DNA from: Caldisericia bacterium | GTDB lineage: Bacteria > Caldisericota > Caldisericia > JAAYUI01 | Direction: 5' to 3' | DNA length: 64,000 nt | Assembly: GCA_963674785.1 (NCBI GenBank) | Contig: OY771555.1 | Span: forward strand, 1,760,001 to 1,824,000 | Part shown: positions 39,847 to 52,698 of the stretch, one piece after another | Numbering within the stretch: position 1 is the first letter of the stretch | How the letters are laid out: the number at the start of each line of letters is the position of its first letter | Program-made: the position numbers and the translations under genes | The notes under the pieces: model-generated | Told to the model about the DNA's origin: nothing | Database searches by the model: none | Seen by the model: only the letters and a program-made list of their open reading frames with translations

Positions 39847-42573
39847 ATGATCAAACGTGCTGTAACCCTGATTCTAGTAATAGTTATAATTTTTGTAACT
39901 GTCGATATTGAGGCTAATGCTGACGAAAAATTTAATTTCCTCGTCGTTACAACAACAAAGTTAATTGATGCAATTCAACCTCTTGTCAATCACAGGACAG
40001 AACAGGGTTTCAGGGCAAAAATAATAACCATTGACAAAATTCACACCGATTCTTCGAAATCAAAATCTGAAAGCCTTTGGGATTACCTCAACGAGAACTA
40101 TCAGGAATGGGGTCTATCATATCTCCTGATTGTTGGTGATTACAAAGATATCCCGCAGGCAAAACTCTGTTCATCAAACGGTGCGGAAGATATTGAAGAG
40201 AATCAACCAGGGATCGTTTATACGGACATCTATTATTCTGTTCTTGGGCAGGATTGGGATACAAACGATAACGGTCTTTTGGGTGAGCCTATAGATAATG
40301 TACCAATCGATCCTCAGATCTCAGTTGGTAGAGTTCCATTCTCAGACTCAAAGATTGTTGAGTCATGGGTGGAACAGGTGATCAGTTATGATGAGTCATC
40401 GAACAAACGAAGAGCTCTTCAAATTGGTGCGATATATCTTTTTGATGACGAAGACGGAAATCCATCAAACTCATATACCGATGGTGCAACAATGCATGAT
40501 GTTATTTGGGATGAGATTCTTTCACAAAATAATTTCTCAAGATTCAGGATTTTCGAAAATGATTCCCTGGGTATGGATGAAAAATCCCAAACAGACCGAG
40601 CTCTGAACTCATCAAATATTCTAACAGCACTTTCTGAGAATGAATTTGGAATGGTGAATTTCCTTGCCCACGGTACCAAAACAACAGTTCTGAGAAAAAG
40701 ATGGAGAAAAGACGTAAACAATAACGGCAGAGCTGATAACACCAGTGCATCATCTGAGAAAGAAATACTTATCGAAACACTCTTTTCATCAGAACAGATT
40801 TCCTCAATCGATATCAACTGTGGTGTTGTTATTGGTACAGCCTGCTCAACTGCCTATATTGCAACCGGAATTGACTCTGTCGCAACTTCATTCTTAAGGT
40901 CAGGAACAGCGGCCTACATAGGAGGAAGTGCATTAAATTATTTTGCATCAGGCTGGAAATCCAAAGAAGATGGCGGAAATCAGGCAATTTCATACAACCT
41001 GACAAAATATTATGTTGAGGGAGCAACTCTCGGCTGGTCACTAATGTCCACTTTGAGGGATTACTACTATCAGTTCAGCAATATCAGTAATACTGATTAC
41101 ACTCTCCAAAACATATATTCATTCATTCTTCTCGGTGACCCAACAATGAAACTTGATCCCCCAAAATCCGTAAAACAGATACCCCTTATCCTCAATCCCC
41201 AATCTCTAAAAGTAACTTCTGGTGAAAAGTCTTTCTTTGATTTAGAAATCGGTGATGTCAACGCATCAGAAAACCTCACACTCGATATTTCACCAAGGAT
41301 TAATGGGATTGAATTCATCCTCCCATCAAAAAATCTCGTTCCAGGCGATTCTTTCAGAATAGATATTGAAACCTCAATAACTCTCAAGCCAGGAGATTAT
41401 GAATTCAACATAAGCTGTGTGGCAGGTGAGTATGAAGGCGGGGAAACCTTAAGACTAAAGATAATTCCTCCTGCTCAAACATCAAATGTTAAACTTGTTC
41501 CTGACTATACTCTCGTCACCCAAAATCACGAGTTTTGGCTGGATTTGATAGTTGAACCGACTAAACCAATTGACAGTTTAGCAGGAACTTTAATCTACGA
41601 TTCAAACTGTTTTGAGTATGTCGGTTACCGAATTGGAAGTATCGTAACCGAAGACTACCGGTGCCCCGATTCGATTTCGATTGTAGATCGACCCGGGTAT
41701 TCAGATCTTGTTTTTAGCTTTGACAGGAATGTTGACACCTACGGAATAACAAATACCGGTATCGTTCTTTCGTTTTGCTTTAAAGGAGTTTGCCCAACTG
41801 AAGAGGGTAGCCAAAAGTTCGCCATCTCCTCTCTTATTATTCAATCAAACAAAGATGACGGAAGAAGGGAGCATAGCTTCTCATCTCTTCCACATTCGCT
41901 TGTAAATGTCAGAAAGATTGATCCTGATATATCGGATTTCTTCATTCATACGGGTATCGAGAGTAATTTTGAATTTGATGCTGACTTAAACATAGGTGAA
42001 GATATTTTTACTCTGAAAGGTGCTACGACAATCGGGACAATTTTGTATATAAATGGAAAACCAATCCCAGTTGACTCTGAGGGGTTCTATAACACAAATA
42101 TTGAATTAAACAGTCTCTTCACAGATATTGAACTAAAGATTGAGGATGAATTTAATCGCTACCTTATGATCAAAAGACGAATCAAGAAAACAACTATCAA
42201 AGAGCTGGCTTTCCATAGCAATGAAAGCTCTGCTTGGACAAACGGGAAGTGCAGAACTCTCGATGCAAGCCCCTACATTAACAATAACGGTAGAACGCTT
42301 GTACCAATAAGGTTTATCGCAGAACAACTAGATTTTGTTGTCTCCTGGAATCAAACTGAAAAAAGGGTCGATATTTCAAAAAATGGAACAACAATCAAGA
42401 TGTGGATCGGAAGCAGCAATTCAAACATAAATGGAAAAAACCTGAATCTCGACGCTCCTCCAGAGATAAAAAATGGTAGAACATTTGTTCCACTAAGATT
42501 TATAAGCGAAGCGCTATCCTGTGATGTAGTGTGGGATTCAAAAACAAGGTCAGCGATAGTCAGATATGAATCA

Positions 42574-42594
<21 letters not shown>
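39847..42594 (+). CDS. Peptidase C25 (gingipain-like) with cohesin-like and stalk domains
   Basis: YLLIVGD, TDIYYS, VGRVP, FLAHG (His), TACST (Cys), LLGDP; C-terminal RTFVPLRFISEAL. Confidence 0.85.
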
Positions 42595-44864
<2,270 letters not shown>

Positions 44865-45022
44865 TTATGCTGTCTATGTCAAGCTCACTTGGAAATATGA
44901 AAAAATATGCTATACTATACGTTAGACATATTCAATCGATTATTTTCACTTTTTTACTCGTAAACACAACAATCGGTTTGGATTTTCGTTTCAAGGCTGA
45001 AACATCAGAAAGGAGGAATGTA

Positions 45023-46507
45023 ATGATCAATTTAATGATAGCCCTGCATTGTCATATACCCTACGTAAGGAAGCGTGGTATTTGGCCATACGGAGAAGAA
45101 TGGATTTATGAGTCAATGCTCGAATCATACATTCCGTTACTGATGGTTTTGGAAGACCTTTCAAAAATAGACGTAAGGAATGTCTTGTCTATATCGATTT
45201 CTCCGATATTACTCGAGCAACTATCTGATGAGTATATCAGAGCAGGTTTTGATAAATATCTCGAAAACAGAATAAAGCTTACAAAAATGGATTGCCTGGA
45301 TTTCAGAAAAAAGGGTTGGTCAAATCTGGAAGCTTTAGCAGAAAGTAAATCGAATCATTTGACTCGAATTTCTGAGTTTTGGTCAAAAATTGGAAAAGAC
45401 ATAATCACCGAGTTTTCAAAATTTGAAAAACTTGGATTAATAGAGATCGGGGCATCTTCTGCGACTCATGCAATACTACCCCTTCTTTCAAAAAAGTCGA
45501 TTGATGAACAAATCAAAATAGGAATGCAGACACTAAAACACAGATTAGATATCACACCAAATTATTTCTGGCTTCCTGAATGTGCTTACAAACTGGGACT
45601 TGAGGAAGACCTGAGGGACGCTGGAGTAAAATTTATCTTTCTTGGCAGCAGTGCAACAACTGACGAATCGTTCAAAGCATACAAACTTGGCAACACAGAC
45701 ATCATTTCTGTCTCTCGACAGTGGAATCTCTCAAAAATGATCTGGTCATCAGAAAACGGATACCCAAGCGATACAAGATATCGTGAGTACAAAAAGAGGT
45801 ATAGACGTTCTGGAAATAGATACTGGAAAAAGACCGGTTCAAAAGTCACCCTCCCAAACAAAGAGATATTTAATCCTGATGAGAGCAAAACCGTAATATC
45901 TGAACATGTTACTGACTTTGTGAGTAGAGTTAATGAAATGAACGAGGAAACCAAGGATAAGTTCGTTTTGGTTTCGCTGGATGCAGAAGTCTTAGGGCAC
46001 ACATGGTTTGAAGGCATCGATTGGCTCAGGGGTGTAATTACCGCACTACATGAAAATGAATCTGAACAAATAACGCTTTGCACCCCAAAAAGCGTTATCT
46101 CTCAAGTCAATAAAGACTCAATTGATTCTATCAGACCCGAGGTCTGTAGTTGGGGAAAAGATGCTGATCTAAGGGCGTGGGATAGACCAGCGGTAACTTG
46201 GATGTGGGAAGAATTAGGAACGATGGCTTCAAAATACTTTGACCTTACAAAGAACGAAACCACGAACAAAGACTACCTGAATCAGCTTCAAAGGGAATTA
46301 CTTTTGTCTCAATCTTCGGATTGGCCTTTCCTTGTTACAAACAAAAACGCCAGGGTCTATGGTGAGAGAAGATTCAGAATGCACATGAGAGCATTCTGGA
46401 ATATAGTTGATATGATCGAAACCGGATTCAAGGATTTCAATTTTCAAGCATTACTTGAAAAGGATAATCCATTTCCATTTCTTGATCATCTTGACAGCAA
46501 AGACTAG
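45023..46507 (+). CDS. GH57 family 1,4-alpha-glucan branching enzyme-like protein
   Basis: LHCHIPYV, WLPECAY, DAEVLGHTWFEG, LLLSQSSDWPF; AGGAGG SD before ATG 45023. Confidence 0.9.
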   Translation: MINLMIALHCHIPYVRKRGIWPYGEEWIYESMLESYIPLLMVLEDLSKIDVRNVLSISISPILLEQLSDEYIRAGFDKYLENRIKLTKMDCLDFRKKGWSNLEALAESKSNHLTRISEFWSKIGKDIITEFSKFEKLGLIEIGASSATHAILPLLSKKSIDEQIKIGMQTLKHRLDITPNYFWLPECAYKLGLEEDLRDAGVKFIFLGSSATTDESFKAYKLGNTDIISVSRQWNLSKMIWSSENGYPSDTRYREYKKRYRRSGNRYWKKTGSKVTLPNKEIFNPDESKTVISEHVTDFVSRVNEMNEETKDKFVLVSLDAEVLGHTWFEGIDWLRGVITALHENESEQITLCTPKSVISQVNKDSIDSIRPEVCSWGKDADLRAWDRPAVTWMWEELGTMASKYFDLTKNETTNKDYLNQLQRELLLSQSSDWPFLVTNKNARVYGERRFRMHMRAFWNIVDMIETGFKDFNFQALLEKDNPFPFLDHLDSKD

Positions 46508-46944
46508 TCTCGACTCAAAATCTCTGGTTCAAGAACGATATCACTGATTGAGGATTTTCCGATTGGGCATATGTCGCACGCCTTTCTCAGTAGCCTTTCT
46601 GTTCTTTCAACATTCTTCTGTTCATCAACTTGGATTTTTACTTTGATCACAATTTGAGAAATTCTGAAAAACCCATCGATGAACTCCATTGAACCCACTG
46701 CATTAGATTTATAGGATATAAGCTTTATCTTTGTTTTACCTATAAAATCGAGGAACGTCGTCATAATGCAGATTGCATTTGCTGCCACAAACATATCCTC
46801 TGGGGTAACAATCCCTCCAGGGCCATTGAATTCTTTTGGGCAAGCAACCTGAATTTTATCAAAGTCACCATTTAGAAAACCCTGATATTCCTTTTCCCAG
46901 TCAACTGAAACTTCGTAATTAAAAACTTTTCTCATCATATTCAT
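46504..46944 (-). CDS. OsmC family protein
   Basis: CPKEFNG...TPEDMFVAANAICIMTTF, CPI; exact start uncertain. Confidence 0.85.
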   Translation of the reverse strand: MNMMRKVFNYEVSVDWEKEYQGFLNGDFDKIQVACPKEFNGPGGIVTPEDMFVAANAICIMTTFLDFIGKTKIKLISYKSNAVGSMEFIDGFFRISQIVIKVKIQVDEQKNVERTERLLRKACDICPIGKSSISDIVLEPEILSRD

Positions 46945-47037
46945 ATTAGTTTTAATAATTCTCAAACTCCATGATGTCAAGTCTTGAAGATTTTCGATTC
47001 TCAGATAAAATCAAGGAACTCGAAAGGAAGGTGTTTT

Positions 47038-47481
47038 ATGATTAATTATAATTTAGCAATATTTGAGAACGCAGCCTTATTTCCTGGTAAAGCAGGAAAC
47101 TGGATGTTTGGCGCAGTAGTATTGTTTTTCGTTATTATGCTTGCATTTGCAATCGGAAATTATATTTCAGTAAAACTTCTGAAACCCACACACAGAGATT
47201 TAGGAAGAGTTTTCTATCTTGCATTGATTTGGTTCTGTACAAATATTGTATTAGCACTGTTCCTAAGGGGGCAAAACCTTCTTGTTAACATTCTTTCTCT
47301 TATCGCATTTTACTTCGAAACAAAATTCCTTATGGATTATAAATGGGGCAAAGCCATTATTGCAGTGATTATACCAATTATTGTTGCAATAATAATTATT
47401 GGAATCTTATGGTTCGCAATCCCAGGTAATCTAGTACAAAAAGCACTATTCCCTCAGGCTTCAAACCTTAAGATCTGGTAG
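47038..47481 (+). CDS. Hypothetical membrane protein
   Basis: Four hydrophobic helices; purine-rich SD before ATG 47038. Confidence 0.7.
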   Translation: MINYNLAIFENAALFPGKAGNWMFGAVVLFFVIMLAFAIGNYISVKLLKPTHRDLGRVFYLALIWFCTNIVLALFLRGQNLLVNILSLIAFYFETKFLMDYKWGKAIIAVIIPIIVAIIIIGILWFAIPGNLVQKALFPQASNLKIW

Positions 47482-47492
47482 AAAGAATCAAG

Positions 47493-48359
47493 ATGGATTT
47501 TAGCACTCTTTCAACAGGAAAACTTGTTCGAATGGTCAGAATGGCATTCGAACATGGCCCAGGAAATGGTAAACTTTTAATTCTCCCGATTGACCAGGGA
47601 GTAGAACACGGCCCAATTGACTTCATGGCAAACCCTGAGTCAAAAGACCCCAGGTACCAATTTCAGCTCGCTCTCGAAGGCAACTACTCTGCAATTGCTG
47701 TTCATATTGGGCTTGCTCAAAGGTACTTAAGTGAGTTTGCTGGACTCGTTCCATTGGTTCTGAAGGTCAATGGCAAAACAAATATACCTTCTGATGACGA
47801 CGCATTTTCACCACTTACATCTTCTGTTGAAGATGCTGTCAAAATCGGAGCAGACGCCGTTGGTTACACACTCTATGTTGGCTCTCCAAGACAAGACGAC
47901 GATATTGCCCAACTCTCATACGTTAGGGCTGAATGCGACAGATTCGGAATGCCACTGATTGTCTGGTCATATCCAAGAGGAAAAGCAGTCGAAGCAAAAG
48001 GCGGAAAAAACTCACTCTATGCAATTGATTACGCCTCAAGGCTTGCACTCGAACTTGGTGCTGACGTAATCAAATTGAATTACCCAACAGTCGAATCATC
48101 CGGAGAACCAGATAAATACAAAAATCTTAAAGATGACGAAATAACGATGATGAAACGAATCGTTGAATCCGCAGGAAAAGCTGGTGTGATAGTCTCTGGT
48201 GGGTCAAAGATTTCGGATGAAAAGCTTCTTCTTAAGGTTAAAAACTCTCTTTCCGCTGGTGTTATGGGATTTATCTTTGGACGAAACATGTGGCAAAGAC
48301 CGATGGATCAAGCGTTGGAGTTATCTGATAAGATACACTCAACAATATCAGGCGAATAA
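47493..48359 (+). CDS. Class I fructose-bisphosphate aldolase (DhnA/archaeal type)
   Basis: LPIDQGVEHGP, WSYPRG, LGADVIK, GRNMWQ. Confidence 0.92.
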   Translation: MDFSTLSTGKLVRMVRMAFEHGPGNGKLLILPIDQGVEHGPIDFMANPESKDPRYQFQLALEGNYSAIAVHIGLAQRYLSEFAGLVPLVLKVNGKTNIPSDDDAFSPLTSSVEDAVKIGADAVGYTLYVGSPRQDDDIAQLSYVRAECDRFGMPLIVWSYPRGKAVEAKGGKNSLYAIDYASRLALELGADVIKLNYPTVESSGEPDKYKNLKDDEITMMKRIVESAGKAGVIVSGGSKISDEKLLLKVKNSLSAGVMGFIFGRNMWQRPMDQALELSDKIHSTISGE

Positions 48360-48382
48360 AAAAACTTAAGTCATACAAAAAT

Positions 48383-48413
48383 AAAAAAGGGTGCCTTTTG
48401 GCACCCTTTTTTT
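48383..48413. terminator. Bidirectional terminator
   Basis: AAAAAAGGGTGCC-TTTT-GGCACCCTTTTTTT. Confidence 0.88.
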
Positions 48414-48431
48414 GACCTGTAGAATCTTTTC

Positions 48432-49490
48432 TTATCTATCTTTTTCTGTTTCTGAGATTGGTGGAATCTGGGATGGGTCAACTGGAACTGGTTCAGGCAT
48501 TTCAATTGGTTCAGACATATCAAACTCTTTTACGTTTGTGGGAAGCTCGATTGTTCCGACATTTCCAAGTTCCGACAAAAGAAGGTAAATTGGCTCCTGT
48601 CGATTGCTATATTTGCCATCGGCAATCTTTGCATCAAACCCCATCACAATTCCATCATCAACATAAACTTCACCGTTGAAAGACTGTTTTACGTTTTCTG
48701 CAACACCAGAGATATAAAACCTATCATAAGATTTTTCATGAAGTAAGATCGGTTCAAGCTTTGAAACCTGTACACCATCCATTGATAATACGCTATTTAT
48801 GATTTCAAAGTATGTTTCAATCATCTGTGTGGGGGTTTCACTCTGGAGTCCTTCAATTGTCTCTTTCATCCATCCATCAAACTGGGGGTCGTACATGTAA
48901 ACAGTGTCCCCGTCGAGAATCTCTGATATTTCAACGTCATCAGAAGGACTCTTATGTACAATTTTTTGTCTATTTCCACTGACATAGATAGTAAGGAGTT
49001 CTTCAGTCGTGACAGATTCTGGAGCAATTCCAATATTTGCTTTATAATTTGAAATACCGGTCAAAAATTTCAATCCAGGGACGGAACTTAGAAGTTCTCC
49101 TGGTGGAATTGGGTCAGGATACTCAGTTGGTTTATTTTCATTTAGAGGAGAATTATCAGAGGAATTCTCATCCGCAGAATCTGAAGGCAAAAGAACTACC
49201 TCTTCAAAGAAATCTTTTTCAATCTTCACAGTAAAAAGGATATTTTCATATCCCTCTTTGGAGATTTTCACTTCATACTCGCCTGCATTTATCCCCTCAA
49301 AAGCAAACATTCCTTCATCATTTGTTTTTGCAGTTGTTCCGTCAAATGTAACATCGACATCCTTTATGGCTTTGTGTGTAAATCCATCTCGAACAGTTCC
49401 TTCATATCGATAGGTTTCTCCACCACAAGAAACCATAACGATCGACAAAACCATAACAATTGATAACATCAACAATATTGATTTTTTCAT
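48432..49490 (-). CDS. Lipoprotein with carboxypeptidase-regulatory-like domain
   Basis: Lipobox MVSC; GTVRD...AKTNDEGMF...GEYEVKISKEGY; LppX/LolA-like C-terminal half (tentative). Confidence 0.7.
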   Translation of the reverse strand: MKKSILLMLSIVMVLSIVMVSCGGETYRYEGTVRDGFTHKAIKDVDVTFDGTTAKTNDEGMFAFEGINAGEYEVKISKEGYENILFTVKIEKDFFEEVVLLPSDSADENSSDNSPLNENKPTEYPDPIPPGELLSSVPGLKFLTGISNYKANIGIAPESVTTEELLTIYVSGNRQKIVHKSPSDDVEISEILDGDTVYMYDPQFDGWMKETIEGLQSETPTQMIETYFEIINSVLSMDGVQVSKLEPILLHEKSYDRFYISGVAENVKQSFNGEVYVDDGIVMGFDAKIADGKYSNRQEPIYLLLSELGNVGTIELPTNVKEFDMSEPIEMPEPVPVDPSQIPPISETEKDR

Positions 49491-49496
49491 TATCTT

Positions 49497-50141
49497 TTAT
49501 CTCCTTAAACTTCTTACAAAATTGGATAATCTCTTTTTTCTCTCATCATCTGAATTAAAAAAGCTCGAGCCTGAAACCAAAACATCAGCACCAGAATAAA
49601 CAAGCTTTTGTACATTTTCCATATTCACACCACCATCAACCTCAAGAACAAATGACCCAGGAAGAGAACGAATCTCTTTAACTCGAGTAAAGGTCTCAGG
49701 TATAAACTTCTGTCCTGACCTTCCAGGTACGACACCCATAACCGTTATAATGTCAACTTCCTTTGATACATCTTTTAGCTTTGACACATCAGTAGCAGGT
49801 GAAATCGCAACACCTGCGAGCATATCCAATCCTTTTGTTTCTTCAATCATCCTCATATGGTTAATATCACATTCGATATGCCATACAAACGCAGTCGATT
49901 TCATGTTCCCAAATCGCTTTACATAATCTTGTGGATTTGTCACCATCAAATGTGCCCAACATGGAATTTTTGCGCTTTTGCAGAGATACTCGCATGTCCT
50001 AATACATAATCCAAGGTTTGGAACAAAATGACCATCCATGACATCAAGATGCACGACATCTGCATATTTCTCAATCAACTGCAGTTCTCCCTGAAAATCA
50101 AGATGATTTCCAGCCATTATTGAAGGAGCTAACTTTGTCAT
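49497..50141 (-). CDS. rpe: Ribulose-phosphate 3-epimerase
   Basis: LAPSI, HLDVMDGHFVPN, EVDGGV. Confidence 0.96.
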   Translation of the reverse strand: MTKLAPSIMAGNHLDFQGELQLIEKYADVVHLDVMDGHFVPNLGLCIRTCEYLCKSAKIPCWAHLMVTNPQDYVKRFGNMKSTAFVWHIECDINHMRMIEETKGLDMLAGVAISPATDVSKLKDVSKEVDIITVMGVVPGRSGQKFIPETFTRVKEIRSLPGSFVLEVDGGVNMENVQKLVYSGADVLVSGSSFFNSDDERKKRLSNFVRSLRR

Positions 50142-50827
50142 GGTTTTATATAAAGATCTATTGGATTCTCAGAATCAACCCTCATCCCGGCCTCAGGGTC
50201 TTGTCTGACAACATATCCGCCCGGAGTTGATGAATAAGTTGACATATCTGTTATGTATTTCTGACGAATCCGTTCAGCATTAAAACCAGATTGTCCAATT
50301 AGCTCAACTGCCTCTTCCGGAGTAAGCCCAATCAGGTCAGGCATAACAGAGTACGAGGTGACCGCAATTTCCAAATTAACAGGTGTATCTCTTCCAACCA
50401 TTGCCCCTGGTGCTGGGAACTGATCCTCAATAACACCAACGACATTACTGGTGGATTCAACCTCGGTGATACTGCCAAGTTTTAAACGCTCACTTATTAT
50501 CTTTTTTTGTGCTTCATAGAAACTCATACCAACAAGATTCGGCATTTCAGACTTACCCCTGCCCTTTGAAACAACAATCGATACTGGTCTAGAGCTCTTA
50601 ATTAATTCATCTTCAATCGGCGTTTGAGATATGATGCTTCCTTTTGGCACATACTCAGAATACTTCTCCTCAATAACCTCAAGTGTAATCCCAAACTCAC
50701 TGGCAATTCTATTTGCTGTCTCAGTATTCAGATTCACCAATCTTGGGACAACCACAAGCATATCAGAGGATGCCTGGTTACAACCCAAAATGAATAACAA
50801 AAGAAGTATCACTGATAGTTTTTTCAC
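50138..50827 (-). CDS. PASTA-domain lipoprotein
   Basis: GTG 50827 gives VKKLSVILLLLFILGC lipobox; three PASTA repeats (VPRLVN, MPNLVG, MPDLIG). Confidence 0.85.
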   Translation of the reverse strand: MKKLSVILLLLFILGCNQASSDMLVVVPRLVNLNTETANRIASEFGITLEVIEEKYSEYVPKGSIISQTPIEDELIKSSRPVSIVVSKGRGKSEMPNLVGMSFYEAQKKIISERLKLGSITEVESTSNVVGVIEDQFPAPGAMVGRDTPVNLEIAVTSYSVMPDLIGLTPEEAVELIGQSGFNAERIRQKYITDMSTYSSTPGGYVVRQDPEAGMRVDSENPIDLYIKP

Positions 50828-50843
50828 AGTCCACAATTTTAGC

Positions 50844-52496
50844 TTATTTGGATTTTTTATCAAGCCCTGACCTCTTTTTATGCTGGATTCGGAAGTGTTT
50901 CCCAGCAAACCGATGAGACTCATCACGAATCTGTTTTAAAAGCCTTAAAGCGAATCCATTTTCTTCAAGCCTGATGGGTTCGGTTTTTCCAGGAACAAAG
51001 ACTAACTCTTCTTGTTTTGCAAGAGAAATAATCTCAACATCAACATCCCTGAATATATCCTCAGCTACACCAAGTTGACCTTTTCCTCCATCGATAACCA
51101 AAAGATTTGGTTTTTCAGCAAAATCTTCGTCTTCCCATCTATTCTTTCTTCTTGATAAAACCTCTTCCATCATTTGATAATCATTTGGAGTATCGATTGA
51201 TTTTATCTTATATATACGATAGCCCTTCTTAAAAGGTCTTCCATCTTTAAAGGTCACCTGCGAGCCTACTGCGGATTTTCCCTGGATATTTGCAATATCA
51301 TATCCCTCAATCAAAACTGGAAGTTTTTTTAAACCCAGAAGTTTTTTTAACTCATTAACAGCATTATTGCCAACCGCAATCTTTTCCCTTCTGTGGATTT
51401 CTGCAAGATGATGAGCAGCATTTGTTTTTGCCATCTCAACAAGCTTCACCTTATCGCCACGCTTGGGTTGAATTATTTTGATTTTCCTTTTAAAGGTTCG
51501 TGCTTCATTGATGAAGTCGAGCAACTCCCTTTCGTTTTCAGGATGGTTCGAAACCAATATCTCGCTTGGGATATCCGATCCTTCGCTTGTACTATAGAAA
51601 TCAGCCATAACAGTACCGAGATACTCTGAAAGGGTTGAGCCAAAATTTGAACCTGCAAAAAAATGTTGATGAAGAATCAACCGACCCGATCGAACCTTCA
51701 TAAACTCAACACACGCCCTCTCATTTGTCCCAACAACTGCAAAAACATCTCTATCGATTGTTTCATCTGAGACAACTCTTTGTGATTCCATAATAAAATG
51801 AAGCTGGTTTATCGACTCGCGGTATCTGGCAGCCTCTTCAAATTTCAGCTTTGCAGAAGCTGCTTCCATTTGATTGATGAGAGTTTTTTCAAGTTTTTTA
51901 TATCTTCCAGAAAGTAGAAGAAGGAGTTCCGAAATGATCTCATTATACTCATCTTGAGATATTGAATCGTTGCATGGAGCAGAACATATTCCAATATGAT
52001 AATCAAGGCATGGTCTCGATTTTTGTTCCGGCAAAATAAGTTTGCATGTTCTTACCGGGTAGTATTGCCTCAAAGTCCTCATATTTATTTTGAAGCTACC
52101 ACCCTTTGTATTTGGTCCAAAAAAATGACCAGAAAGACTCTCTTTGTTTCTTGTTCGAAGAAGCCTCGGGAATGCTTCTTTTGTTACGACAAGATAGCTA
52201 TAGTCTTTATCGTCCCTCATCAGAATATTGTAATGGGGTTGATATTGCTTTATAAGATTGTTCTCTAAAACCAAAGCTTCATGGGCAGAGTTCGTGACAA
52301 TAAAATCAATATCTCTTGCATGAGAGACCATTGCTTTTACCTTTGGAGACTGATCAGAAGGATTAATATACGAGGTGGCTCTATCCCTGAGAGACTTCGC
52401 CTTTCCTACATAGATTACCTTTCCATCAGAATCCTTAAAAAGATAAACTCCGGGTTCTTTTGGTAAGTTCGAGATTCGATCATTCAGCGTTTTCAT
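50844..52496 (-). CDS. uvrC: Excinuclease ABC subunit C
   Basis: PGVYLF..IYVGKAKSL GIY-YIG, IEGYDIA, IDGGKGQL, IRDESHRFA; C-terminal HhH appears absent. Confidence 0.95.
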   Translation of the reverse strand: MKTLNDRISNLPKEPGVYLFKDSDGKVIYVGKAKSLRDRATSYINPSDQSPKVKAMVSHARDIDFIVTNSAHEALVLENNLIKQYQPHYNILMRDDKDYSYLVVTKEAFPRLLRTRNKESLSGHFFGPNTKGGSFKINMRTLRQYYPVRTCKLILPEQKSRPCLDYHIGICSAPCNDSISQDEYNEIISELLLLLSGRYKKLEKTLINQMEAASAKLKFEEAARYRESINQLHFIMESQRVVSDETIDRDVFAVVGTNERACVEFMKVRSGRLILHQHFFAGSNFGSTLSEYLGTVMADFYSTSEGSDIPSEILVSNHPENERELLDFINEARTFKRKIKIIQPKRGDKVKLVEMAKTNAAHHLAEIHRREKIAVGNNAVNELKKLLGLKKLPVLIEGYDIANIQGKSAVGSQVTFKDGRPFKKGYRIYKIKSIDTPNDYQMMEEVLSRRKNRWEDEDFAEKPNLLVIDGGKGQLGVAEDIFRDVDVEIISLAKQEELVFVPGKTEPIRLEENGFALRLLKQIRDESHRFAGKHFRIQHKKRSGLDKKSK

Positions 52497-52698
52497 CCAC
52501 CCACCAGAGCCAAGTTCTGTTTTTAAACTCGCCCTTGATGAAACCCTGTGCCTTTAATGAAGGAAGAAATCTACCAGCTGCATCATCACAGGCTATGCCT
52601 TGAGCCTTGATTTCAGCTTCAATCTCTTTTGTCTCCATCTTGCCATTTCCCTTAAGGATATCAATTACAAATTCTGCTTCATCTGGAATTTCTGTCAT
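52480..52698 (-). CDS. Small winged-helix-like hypothetical protein
   Basis: Overlaps both neighbours; GGAG SD; LKAQGFIKGEF...WLWW wing. Confidence 0.6.
   Translation of the reverse strand: MTEIPDEAEFVIDILKGNGKMETKEIEAEIKAQGIACDDAAGRFLPSLKAQGFIKGEFKNRTWLWWVDENAE

Noticed and set aside
45018-45023. ATG-TAA minimal ORF overlapping the GH57 start
   Set aside because: Only 1 nt from the SD; spacing fits ATG 45023
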